From Coriobacteriaceae bacterium (GTDB lineage Bacteria > Actinomycetota > Coriobacteriia > Coriobacteriales > Eggerthellaceae): a DNA stretch of 48,763 nucleotides. Under the pieces are notes generated by a model, which worked only from the letters and a program-made list of their open reading frames with translations, made no database searches and was not told the origin of the DNA. Of the stretch, positions 1-7,937 are shown piece by piece. Within the stretch, counting starts at the first letter, position 1; each line of letters begins with the position of its first letter. The stretch is taken from contig SUUF01000001.1 of assembly GCA_015062635.1 (NCBI GenBank), forward strand, positions 1 through 48,763, given 5' to 3'. Made by a program: the position numbers and the translations under genes.

Positions 1-185
1 ATCTGGGCACGCCAGTCCCAGTTATCCTTCAACACTGTTGCCAGGGTTTTAAACAAACCGCCCCATTCGCCTTTCGTTAACAAGACACGTCATTTTATCA
101 TAGCGGCACTACCCTGCTCCGCGCCGTCACCCGGCGCGTGCATGCTCCCCACATCTGCATCATAACCGAGGGCGACCGCCAGCGG

Positions 186-1379
186 TTACGCCATGCCCAT
201 GAACTCGAGGATACGGTCGGTGGCATGGCCGTCGCAAGCGCTCATGAATTTCTGCCTGAACGCGCGGACTTCCGACGGGTCGAACCCGCCCGCAAGCCCG
301 CGGATCCATGCGGCGAGCGGAGCGGTCTGCTCGAACACCGGCCCCGGCGTGAGTTCGTCGTAGTCGTAGTAGAAGCCGCGCCAGTCGTCGTAGTCGGCGC
401 GGTCGGGCGCGAAAAAGGCCATCGGACGCTCGAACAGCGAGTATTCGAACACGAGCGACGAATAATCAGACACGCACACATCAGCCGCCACGAGCAGCTG
501 GTCGATGGGCATATCGACGGTGAAGGCGAAATCGGCGCAGGAGGCGGGAATGGGCGTCGGGTGCTTCACGTAGGGGTGGTGCTTCACGAGCAGCGCATAC
601 TCGTCGCCGAGCTCCCGCTTCATCAACGCGAGGTCGAGGTCGTCGGGGCTTTTCGCCTGCAGCACATGCCCGCGGAACGTCGGCGCGTACAGGATGACCT
701 TGCGCCCTGCAATCCCGGGCACCGCGTCGCGCACCGCCTTCCGGGCCCGTTCGAGGAACGCCTCGTCGAAGAACACGTCGGTGCGGCTCACTCCGAGCGC
801 CTTCACGATATCGGGCGTGTCCTCGAGCATCATCGCCTCGCGGTACGCCCACGCCACCTCGGGCGCGCTCACGGTGACGAGCGCGAGGTTGCGATAGTAC
901 GGATGGCGCTCGATTTGGCTTCCCGTGGCGCCGAAATGCTTGTCGCCGGTGCTCATGCCCCACTTCTTGAAGGCGCCGCACGCATGCCACAGCTGGGCGA
1001 TCTTCGTTTCGGGACGAAGCTTCACGCAGCTTACGATGTTGCTCGCGTCGCACAGGAACGCGTAACGCGCCGTGGCGAGCTCCTTCACCATGGCCCGGCA
1101 GTTCGCGATGTAGCGCGGCAGGCTCACGTCGTTCAGGTCGAGGGTGATATAGCGGGCATCGTAGCGCGCATCGGCGCTCAGGCGGTCCCAGATGAGCTGG
1201 AAGGCATCGGGCATCGGGCCGAGCTTGCCCTCGATGAAGAGCACCTTGCGGGGGTCGACCGGCGCCTTTGCGGCCCGGTTGTAGGCGTGCGGGTAGATGC
1301 CGAACATCGTGACGTCTTTCGCCACGTCGCTTGCAAGTTGCCGCAGCGCCCCTCTCGCCGAATTGTTGCCTTTCGCCAT
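186..1379 (-). CDS. CDP-glycerol glycerophosphotransferase family protein (TagB/TagF-like)
   Basis: ORF 186..1442(-). Glyphos_transf-type motifs QLWHACGAFKKWG, ILYAPTFRG, VKHHPYV, CVSDYSSLVFEYSLFERPMAFF. Start set to ATG 1379 (MAKGNN) preceded by GAGGGGG; 1442 is the longest-ORF alternative. Confidence 0.8.
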   Translation of the reverse strand: MAKGNNSARGALRQLASDVAKDVTMFGIYPHAYNRAAKAPVDPRKVLFIEGKLGPMPDAFQLIWDRLSADARYDARYITLDLNDVSLPRYIANCRAMVKELATARYAFLCDASNIVSCVKLRPETKIAQLWHACGAFKKWGMSTGDKHFGATGSQIERHPYYRNLALVTVSAPEVAWAYREAMMLEDTPDIVKALGVSRTDVFFDEAFLERARKAVRDAVPGIAGRKVILYAPTFRGHVLQAKSPDDLDLALMKRELGDEYALLVKHHPYVKHPTPIPASCADFAFTVDMPIDQLLVAADVCVSDYSSLVFEYSLFERPMAFFAPDRADYDDWRGFYYDYDELTPGPVFEQTAPLAAWIRGLAGGFDPSEVRAFRQKFMSACDGHATDRILEFMGMA

Positions 1380-1483
1380 AATCGCCCCCTCGCCGGTTGC
1401 CGGCCCGATGGAATGGCCGACATCGTCCCTAACGCAGGACACCGGCCTGCAGCCGGTGCCCCTGTGTGCTTGTACGTTACGGC

Positions 1484-2455
1484 TTAGCCGTAGGCCGGCG
1501 GTGAATAGACCTCGTTCGGGTCGCCGCCCTTGTCGATGACGTCGACGATGGCCTTCCAGGTGTCGGCGTCATACCACGCCAGCCACCAGCCCGATTCGGG
1601 GTCGATGTCGCCCTCGATGGGGAACGATCCCGAGAGGAACTTCACGTCATCGGAATGCTCGATGAAGTCGCTCAGGTAGAACACGAGCGCCTCGTCGGGC
1701 ATGTTGGTGTGCACGATGTTCATGAAATCGCCGGTGTACTGCGCAAGCTGCTCGGGGTTGTCGATGGCCTTCTGCATCAGCGACTGCACGATTTGGCGGT
1801 CGTCATACTGACGCGACGAGTCCATGTTCACGAAGATCTTGCGCACGCGGGCGAACACGAGCGCCTCGTCGCCATTGAGCGTCTGCGCTCCAGGCTGCAG
1901 CGTGATGGTCTTGCCGTCCATCACGTTCCTGAACGACATCTCGACCGGCACGTCGACGTCGACGCCGCCGAGCGCATCGACCAGCTTGGTGAATTCCGAG
2001 AACGAAACGTCGAAGTAGTACTTGATGTTCACGCCGGTGAGTTCCTCGACCTTCGCAACCGAACCCTCAATGCCGCCGCGGTCGTACCACATGTTAACTT
2101 TCTTGTTCTGGCCATCCATGACAGTCCAGGTGTCGCGCGCGATCGAGACGATCGTGATGAGGTGGTCCTTCGGCGCCACGCGCATGAGCATCATCGTGTC
2201 GGAGCGCTGATGGCCGTCGGAGCCGTGCTTGCCCTTGCCTTCGTCCTTCGTTCCGTCACGCGAGTCGTTTCCCACGATGAGGCAGTAAAACGGCTTCATC
2301 GGGAACGTGGTCGCGGCGCGGTCGACGGTGTCGACCGGCTCGGGCTCGGGCGCGACCGCCGTCTCGTCAGGCGCTTTGTTCTGGCATCCCGCCAGGGCCA
2401 ACGCCAGCACGAACGCGCAGGCGAGCGTCAACAGTGCAGCTAGTTTCTTCTTCAC
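1484..2455 (-). CDS. LytR-CpsA-Psr (LCP) family glycopolymer ligase with lipoprotein-type signal peptide
   Basis: ORF 1484..2512(-). LCP motifs CLIVGNDSRDG, RSDTMMLMRV, SIARDT, NGDEALVFARVR. GTG at 2455 lies a few nt after GGAGGA and yields KKKLAALLTLACAFVLALALAGC, a signal peptide with a lipobox. Confidence 0.8.
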   Translation of the reverse strand: MKKKLAALLTLACAFVLALALAGCQNKAPDETAVAPEPEPVDTVDRAATTFPMKPFYCLIVGNDSRDGTKDEGKGKHGSDGHQRSDTMMLMRVAPKDHLITIVSIARDTWTVMDGQNKKVNMWYDRGGIEGSVAKVEELTGVNIKYYFDVSFSEFTKLVDALGGVDVDVPVEMSFRNVMDGKTITLQPGAQTLNGDEALVFARVRKIFVNMDSSRQYDDRQIVQSLMQKAIDNPEQLAQYTGDFMNIVHTNMPDEALVFYLSDFIEHSDDVKFLSGSFPIEGDIDPESGWWLAWYDADTWKAIVDVIDKGGDPNEVYSPPAYG

Positions 2456-2659
2456 GTCTTTCCTCCCGCTTCGGCGCGCGCACGCGCCTTCGTGGTTTGA
2501 AGTTGCTAACACTCTACCGCTTTATGCCGCCGCCCGCGCCCGCAACCGCAAATATCGACAGAATTCGAAGAGGCGGCGCTTCACAAGGCACCGCGAAAGC
2601 TTGCGCCGCAATGAGCCCGGGAATGGTACCCTATCTTCAACGCGAAGGAAGGAGGACAG

Positions 2660-3835
2660 ATGAAGCTCTTGGCCGTGAGGCTGCTCTCGGTTCTCCTCGA
2701 TGCCTGGTATGCGGCGTGCTCGCTGGGCGGGCGCAAGCAGCAGGCGCTCTTCCTCTCGCGGCAATCTGACGACATGAGCGTCGACTTCACGCTGCTCGCC
2801 GAAGCCCTGCAACGGCGGGGCGACTGGGACATCGTCGCGCGCACGAAAATGGTCGAAGACGGCTCTGCGGGCGCAGTGGCGCTCGTAGCGCGCATGTTCG
2901 GCGATGTCAAGGCACTCGCGAAATGCCGCATGTGCTTCGTCGAGGGCTACAACCCCGCGGTGAGCCTGCTGCACCTGCAAGGCGATGCCGCACCCGCCAG
3001 CCCGGGCGTCGTGAACAACCGCTTCCCGGCGCAACCAGTGGTCATGCAGGTCTGGCACGCGGCCGGCCATTTCAAGAAGTTCGGATACGAGGCGCTCGAC
3101 ACGCCCGAGGGCCGCAGCTCGCGCGATGCCGAGATCTTCCGCATGCACCGCAACTATTCCTGGGTCGCCTGCAGCGGCGAGGGAGCCCGCGAGGGATTCG
3201 CGCAGGCCTTCGCCTGCCCCGTCGAGCGCGTGGTCGCGCTCGGGCACCCTTCGTTTGACGAGCTGTATGAACCCGCTCCCGACGCCCGCGAGCGCATGCA
3301 CCGCGCCTACCCCGGCATCGATGACGCGAAGCCGATCGTGGTGTTCGCTCCGACGCTGCACCGTCAGGAAGGCAACCGCCGCTTCGAGGAGCTGAAGGCC
3401 GCCATCGAGGCCGATCCGCGCGCGAACGGCTACAACCTGCTGTGGTCATTCCACCCGGTGAGCCTGCAGGGCTCCGAGATCCGCGTCACCACACGCGAGC
3501 TCTTGCGCTGCGCCTCGCTCGTCGTGACGGACTATTCCTCGGTGGTCTACGACGCCGCGATCCTCGGCGTGCCATTCGCGTTCTACACGCCCGACATCGA
3601 CGAGTATCGCATCTCGCCGGGCCTGGCCACCGATCCCGGCACCCTGGCGCCCGGGCTGTGCCTCGACAGCCCCGATGCGCTGCTCGACTTCCTCGACCGC
3701 GTCTTCGCCGACGGCGTCGAAGCGCGCGGGTACCCCGATGCCGAGCGCGATGCTTTCGTCGGCACGACCCTCTCGGCATGCGGCCCCGGCTCAGCCGAGC
3801 GCATCGTCGACTTCACCCTCGCCCACCTGCAATAG
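2660..3835 (+). CDS. CDP-glycerol glycerophosphotransferase family protein (second TagB/TagF-like paralogue)
   Basis: ATG preceded by GAAGGAAGGAGGA. Motifs QVWHAAGHFKKFG, VVFAPTLHRQ, WSFHPVS, VVTDYSSVVYDAAILGVPFAFYTPD. Confidence 0.8.
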   Translation: MKLLAVRLLSVLLDAWYAACSLGGRKQQALFLSRQSDDMSVDFTLLAEALQRRGDWDIVARTKMVEDGSAGAVALVARMFGDVKALAKCRMCFVEGYNPAVSLLHLQGDAAPASPGVVNNRFPAQPVVMQVWHAAGHFKKFGYEALDTPEGRSSRDAEIFRMHRNYSWVACSGEGAREGFAQAFACPVERVVALGHPSFDELYEPAPDARERMHRAYPGIDDAKPIVVFAPTLHRQEGNRRFEELKAAIEADPRANGYNLLWSFHPVSLQGSEIRVTTRELLRCASLVVTDYSSVVYDAAILGVPFAFYTPDIDEYRISPGLATDPGTLAPGLCLDSPDALLDFLDRVFADGVEARGYPDAERDAFVGTTLSACGPGSAERIVDFTLAHLQ

Positions 3836-3837
3836 GA

Positions 3838-3877
3838 AACGCGCCCCATCGATATCCCTCAATCGATGGGGCGCGTT
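3838..3877. terminator. Bidirectional terminator-like hairpin between convergent genes
   Basis: Perfect 16-bp inverted repeat AACGCGCCCCATCGAT / ATCGATGGGGCGCGTT with an 8-nt loop, 3 nt after the stop at 3835 and 29 nt before the stop at 3906. No strong U-tract on either strand. Confidence 0.6.
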
Positions 3878-3905
3878 GCATTACCCGATGCGGTTGTTCC
3901 TGCGG

Positions 3906-5180
3906 CTATTCCCAGCCGGTGTAGTCCTCGGTGTAGCCCTCGACATACCCGTCGGCGTACCCTTCCACGTAATCGCCGATGTAGTTGCCGTACTCGTCGT
4001 ACTGGGCGACGGCCTCGGACTGCGCCCGTGTGCCGTAGGAATCAGCGTCGACCTTCGAGGGGTCACCGCCCGCATCGACGACTTCCATGACGGCCTGCCA
4101 GCCCTCGGGGTTGTCATAGCATAGCCAGATGCCGCCGGCGCTGTCGTCGATTTCGCCCTCCGTCGGGCCCGTGCCGGAATAGATCGTCAGGCCACCGGAA
4201 CCGAAGTCCTTCATCAGCTTCGCGAAATCGACGAGGCTCATGTCGGTACCCAGGCAATCGGCGATCTTCAGCCCCAGGAACGGCCACTCGAACAGGGGCT
4301 TTTCGCGCATCGTGTCGGCGATGGCCATGATGAGCGTGCGGACGTTGCTCTGACGGGCCGAATCGACTCCGCCATACGCATTCCTCACGCGGGCAAAGAT
4401 CTGCGCCTCCTGCCCGTTCAGCACGCGCCGGCCGGCTTCGACCTTCACCTTCTCACCGGTGAGCGCGTCTTTGTACGAGATGTCTTTGGGAACGTCGACC
4501 TCGACGCCGCCGAGCGCGTCGACGAGGCCCTCGAGCCCCGAGAAGTGCGTCTCGATGGTATGCGCGATGGGCACGCCCGTGAGCTCGGACACCAGCTGGG
4601 TCTGCAGGGCGGCGCCGCCGGCGTTGTATGCCTCGTTGATCTTATTCACGGTACCGTCATGGTACCAACGGGTGTCGCGTGGCACCGACACGAGCGTGAC
4701 CTGCTTGTTCGCCGGGTCCATGCGTGCGAGGATGATGACGTCGGCGCGCTGCTGGTCGCCGCTCATCTCGGCCTTCTTGCTGGTGCCGGAATTCTCGCGC
4801 CAGTCGGATCCGAGCAGCAGGATGTAATAGGGCTCGTCCGCCGCCGCGGGCGTGAGCTGCTCTTGCAGGGCCTCGGGGTTGGACAGGCTCCCGTGGAGCT
4901 TGCCTTCGAACACCAACGCATAGGCGACGACGGCGATGACAAGCGCCGCGATGATGGCGACGATGGCGATGGCGATGCGCTTTGCCAGCTTGCCTTTACG
5001 CGGAGCGCCACCTGCCGGGTAAGCGCCGCCCTGGCCGACGTACCGGTCGCGAGAGAAACTCGCCGCGCTCTGCCCATCTGAGGGATGCCCCAAATCGGAA
5101 GATGCCGCATGCTGTTCCCGCGACCCCTGTTGATATGAATTTTCCCAGTACGCTTCAGATTGCTTCGATGTGCGCGCCAA
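3906..5180 (-). CDS. LCP family glycopolymer ligase (membrane-anchored paralogue)
   Basis: TTG start 8 nt after GGAGG. Motifs ILLLGSDWRE, RADVIILARMDP, VSVPRDT, NGQEAQIFARVRN. TM segment IAIAIVAIIAALVIAVVAYALVF. Tyr/Gly/Glu-rich C-terminal tail. Confidence 0.8.
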   Translation of the reverse strand: MARTSKQSEAYWENSYQQGSREQHAASSDLGHPSDGQSAASFSRDRYVGQGGAYPAGGAPRKGKLAKRIAIAIVAIIAALVIAVVAYALVFEGKLHGSLSNPEALQEQLTPAAADEPYYILLLGSDWRENSGTSKKAEMSGDQQRADVIILARMDPANKQVTLVSVPRDTRWYHDGTVNKINEAYNAGGAALQTQLVSELTGVPIAHTIETHFSGLEGLVDALGGVEVDVPKDISYKDALTGEKVKVEAGRRVLNGQEAQIFARVRNAYGGVDSARQSNVRTLIMAIADTMREKPLFEWPFLGLKIADCLGTDMSLVDFAKLMKDFGSGGLTIYSGTGPTEGEIDDSAGGIWLCYDNPEGWQAVMEVVDAGGDPSKVDADSYGTRAQSEAVAQYDEYGNYIGDYVEGYADGYVEGYTEDYTGWE

Positions 5181-5367
5181 TGAATTCGCCTCCGGCTATG
5201 CTCTGGTCTCACTGCCGATTTTTGAGTATACGGCCTGATATAGCGTGTCCTTAAAACCACACGATTTTTGCGGGGTTCGACTAAAGACCATTCACCCGAA
5301 GAAGCACCTGTCGGCCTCACCGCATTTCGAAACGATGCCGCCCGACGGTCTGGACGCAGCAGCGGCG

Positions 5368-5484
5368 GGCGCTTCGCCCCTCGGGGCATGCTTCCCCCCG
5401 GGCATGCCTCGCCTCCTTGGGGCACGCTTCGCCTCCTCGTGGCACGCTTCGCCTCCTCGTGGCATGCCTCGCCTCCTTGGGCAT
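5368..5484. repeat. 20-bp tandem repeat in A-B-B-A order
   Basis: Four exact 20-mers at 5401-5480: A=GGCATGCCTCGCCTCCTTGG (5401, 5461), B=GGCACGCTTCGCCTCCTCGT (5421, 5441). Shortened degenerate copies at 5368-5400 and a partial copy at 5481-5484. Confidence 0.9.
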
Positions 5485-5812
5485 TAATGTACAAACTTCG
5501 AGGTCCGTTACACAAAACCCCAGGTCGCGTTTTCAGAAGGTGAAGTTTGCACAGTAATCGCCAACGCGCCGGACTCTTGCGGCACTCTGCGCAAGGAATG
5601 CGGGGCTTTTCCGCCGGTATGGCTCTTCATGCCCACGCTGCGCATCGGAATTGCCTAGGGACGGACCATGCCTGCATGATGCCAAGGGAGCCAACATGTT
5701 TATGAGATGATGCAGCTCACGATATTGCGAAGGCTCCCGGGAAACGCAACGTCCACGCTGGTGTGATGAAAGCCATGAGGCGTCATTCCCTTTCTTTCAA
5801 GCTACGATGTGT

Positions 5813-6289
5813 CACGCAGCCGAATTGGCGACAAGGAAAATGCCGCTCGATCGGCTGCGTGGCGCGGCGCACCATTCAGCCGGATTGGCGACAGTCGAGA
5901 TGTCGCTAGATCGGCTGCGTGGCACGACATGCCGCCTGATTTGCACGATGGGCCTGGATTTGCGCCACACAGCCGAATTGCCGACAGGGGAAGTGTCGCT
6001 AAATCGGCTGCGTGGCGCACCATGTCGACGGATCGGCTGTATGGCACGAAAGTTGCGCCATACAGCCGATTCGCTGCCACGGCGCGCCATGCGGCCGATT
6101 CGACGACACGAGTAATGTCGCTGGATCGGCTCTGTGGCGCAAATCGGACCCGAAACGATTGCGCGCCTTCTTCGTTGCACCACGCAGCCGATTTGGCGAC
6201 ACCGGAACTGTCGACGGATCGGCTCTGTGGCGCTGCGCACCATTCAACCGAATCGGCGACATCGGAAGTGTCGCTCGATCGGCTGTATG
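5813..6289. repeat. Array of seven imperfect hairpin doublets (14 arms of a 21-nt motif in alternating orientation), REP/BIME-like
   Basis: Arm A ~CACGCAGCCGAWTTGGCGACA and its complement A' ~TGTCGCYNGATCGGCTGYRTG. A-7nt-A' hairpins start at 5813, 5873, 5966, 6088, 6181 and 6241. One A'-loop-A unit lies at 6023-6079. The double-hairpin block 5813-5921 recurs directly at 6181-6289. Confidence 0.9.
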
Positions 6290-6476
6290 GCGCAATACAT
6301 GCACGAAGCACCTGCACGGTGCTGCGATGGCTGTGATAAAGCGCAGCGTTTATGCTTGCCTTCCGCCATTCAATCGACATTTCGATTCGAAAGCATGGCG
6401 TGAGCATGCAGAACGACGAAGCCGAACATATCCCCCAAGTCAACCATGGTTGGGGCGCTGGAGATTTCTCGCTTCG

Positions 6477-6660
6477 CTCGAAATGAAAGAGGGTGGGAAG
6501 CTCGTCGGTATGACGTGGGATGAAACGTTCCTCGAAAGAGGGTGGACGTTCGCCGGAATGACGACGGGAGGCGGGACGTTCTTCGAAAGGGGGTGGGACG
6601 CTCTTCGAATGGCAGAGGGTGAAGCGTACGGCGAAACGACACTGGGAGGCGGGACGTGCG
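6477..6660. repeat. Degenerate 51-57-bp tandem repeat (about 3.4 copies)
   Basis: Units begin at 6477, 6531, 6582 (truncated, 22 nt) and 6604. Shared blocks are TCGAAAGRGGGTGGRACG and GGGAGGCGGGACGT. Confidence 0.75.
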
Positions 6661-6730
6661 TCGTGGCGGGAAGGAAGGCTGCTTTTGCCCTTCAACCGGC
6701 TTCCCGCACCCGGCGCAATTGCCTGCAACG

Positions 6731-6757
6731 AAAAGCGCCACCCCGTGGGATGGCGCC
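6731..6757 (-). terminator. Rho-independent terminator of glf
   Basis: GCGCCACCC / GGG(A)TGGCGC hairpin with a 3-nt loop, about 24 nt downstream of the glf stop. Followed on the minus strand by TTTTCGTT. Confidence 0.7.
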
Positions 6758-6780
6758 GTTTTGCGATGCGGTATGCCCGT

Positions 6781-7893
6781 TTAGCCGATCTTCACGCCCA
6801 GCTCACGTTCGACCAGGTCGAAGGCTGCGTCAATGGCCTTGTCCATGTCGTAGTACTTGTAGCCGCCGAGCCTGCCGGCGAAGACGACCTTGCCCTCCTT
6901 CGCGGCAAGCGCCTCGTACTGCTCGTACAGCGCGGTGTTGCGCTCGTCGTTGATGGGATAATACGGCTCGTCGCCCGGCTTCCAATCGGCCGGGTATTCG
7001 CGCGTGACGACCGTCTTCGGCTGCTCGCCGTACTCGAAGTGCTTGTGCTCGATGATGCGCGTCCACGGCACCGCGCGCTCGGTGTAGTTCACCACGGCGT
7101 TGCCCTGATGGTTCACCTCGTCGAGGATCTCGCTCTCGAAGCGAAGCGAGCGGTATTCCAAGCGCCCAAGCTGGTAATCGTAGAACTCGTCGATGGGCCC
7201 GCAATAGATGACGCGCGCTGCGATATCGGGCTCGGCGGCGATGAGGTCGCGGTACTCGGTGTTCAGGCGAATCTCGACGTCGCCGAACATGCGCTCGACC
7301 ATCTTCGTGTAACCGCCCATCGGGATGCCCTGCCAACGGTCGTTGAAGTAGTTGTTGTCGAAGCGGAAGCGGCACGGCAGACGCTTGATGATGCTCGCCG
7401 GTAGGTCCTTGCAATCGCGGCCCCACTGCTTTTCGGTGTAGCCCTTGATGAGCTTCTCGTACACATCGCGGCCCACAAGCGAAAGCGCCTGCTCCTCGAG
7501 GTTTCTCGGCTCGCCGATTCCCGCCTCGGCGACCTGTTCGGCGATCTTCGCCTGGGCCTGAGCGGGCGTGCGCACATCCTTCCACATCTGTGCGAAGGTG
7601 TTCATGTTGAACGGCAGGTTATACAGCTCGTCTCCATACACCGCCACCGGCGAGTTGATGTAGTTGTTGAACTCGGCGAACTGGTTCACGTAATCCCACA
7701 CGCGCCGGATGGAGGTGTGGAAGATATGCGCGCCGTACTTGTGCACGTTGATGCCCTCGACCTCCTCGCAATACACGTTGCCGGCGATATGCGGGCGCTT
7801 GTCGATGACGAGGCAGGTCTTCCCCGCTTTCAGGGCCTCGTGCACGAAGACCGCGCTCGAGATTCCCGCTCCCACCACCAAATAGTCGTACAT
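6781..7893 (-). CDS. glf: UDP-galactopyranose mutase
   Basis: ORF 6781..8037 trimmed to ATG 7893 (MYDYLVVGAGISSAVF, Rossmann GxGxxG) preceded by AGGAAGGA. Motifs HKYGAHIFHT, YNLPFNMNTF, GGYKYYDMDKAI. Confidence 0.9.
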   Translation of the reverse strand: MYDYLVVGAGISSAVFVHEALKAGKTCLVIDKRPHIAGNVYCEEVEGINVHKYGAHIFHTSIRRVWDYVNQFAEFNNYINSPVAVYGDELYNLPFNMNTFAQMWKDVRTPAQAQAKIAEQVAEAGIGEPRNLEEQALSLVGRDVYEKLIKGYTEKQWGRDCKDLPASIIKRLPCRFRFDNNYFNDRWQGIPMGGYTKMVERMFGDVEIRLNTEYRDLIAAEPDIAARVIYCGPIDEFYDYQLGRLEYRSLRFESEILDEVNHQGNAVVNYTERAVPWTRIIEHKHFEYGEQPKTVVTREYPADWKPGDEPYYPINDERNTALYEQYEALAAKEGKVVFAGRLGGYKYYDMDKAIDAAFDLVERELGVKIG

Positions 7894-7937
7894 GTTGTTA
7901 TCCTTCCTAACGTCTGCGCGCCGCCCCCGCGGCGCGA

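Noticed and set aside
5271-5290. CGGGGTTCGACTAAAGACCA resembles a tRNA T-arm/3' end, so it could be a tRNA gene or an attachment-site remnant.
   Set aside because: The sequence after the TTCGACT loop (AAAGA) does not pair with the putative T-stem CGGGG. No acceptor stem or anticodon arm can be drawn upstream.
5485-5812. A possible structured sRNA in the unique part of the spacer, based on the pairings GGGAGCC (around 5686) with GGCTCCC (around 5732) and ATGGCTCTTCAT (around 5610) with ATGAAAGCCAT (around 5766).
   Set aside because: The complementary segments are short and imperfect and could arise by chance. I could identify no promoter or terminator and no match to an RNA family I recognise. 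It is left as part of the general spacer finding.
5813-6289. CRISPR array interpretation of the hairpin array, and likewise of the 21-bp arrays at 40369-40452, 41275-41350 and 42901-42973.
   Set aside because: The 21-nt motif alternates in orientation with 7-nt loops instead of direct repeats separated by unique 30-40-nt spacers. The 21-bp arrays have no spacers at all. No cas genes are in the window.
5802-6953. ORFs of 100-313 aa crossing the repeat spacer (5802..6728(-), 5809..6336(+), 5812..6243(-), 6012..6953(+), 6370..6741(-)) as possible repeat-protein genes.
   Set aside because: Periodic peptide repeats appear in several frames on both strands at once, which is what palindromic DNA repeats produce. 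There are no SD/start context and no protein motifs, and 6012..6953 runs into the glf terminator and the glf 3' end.
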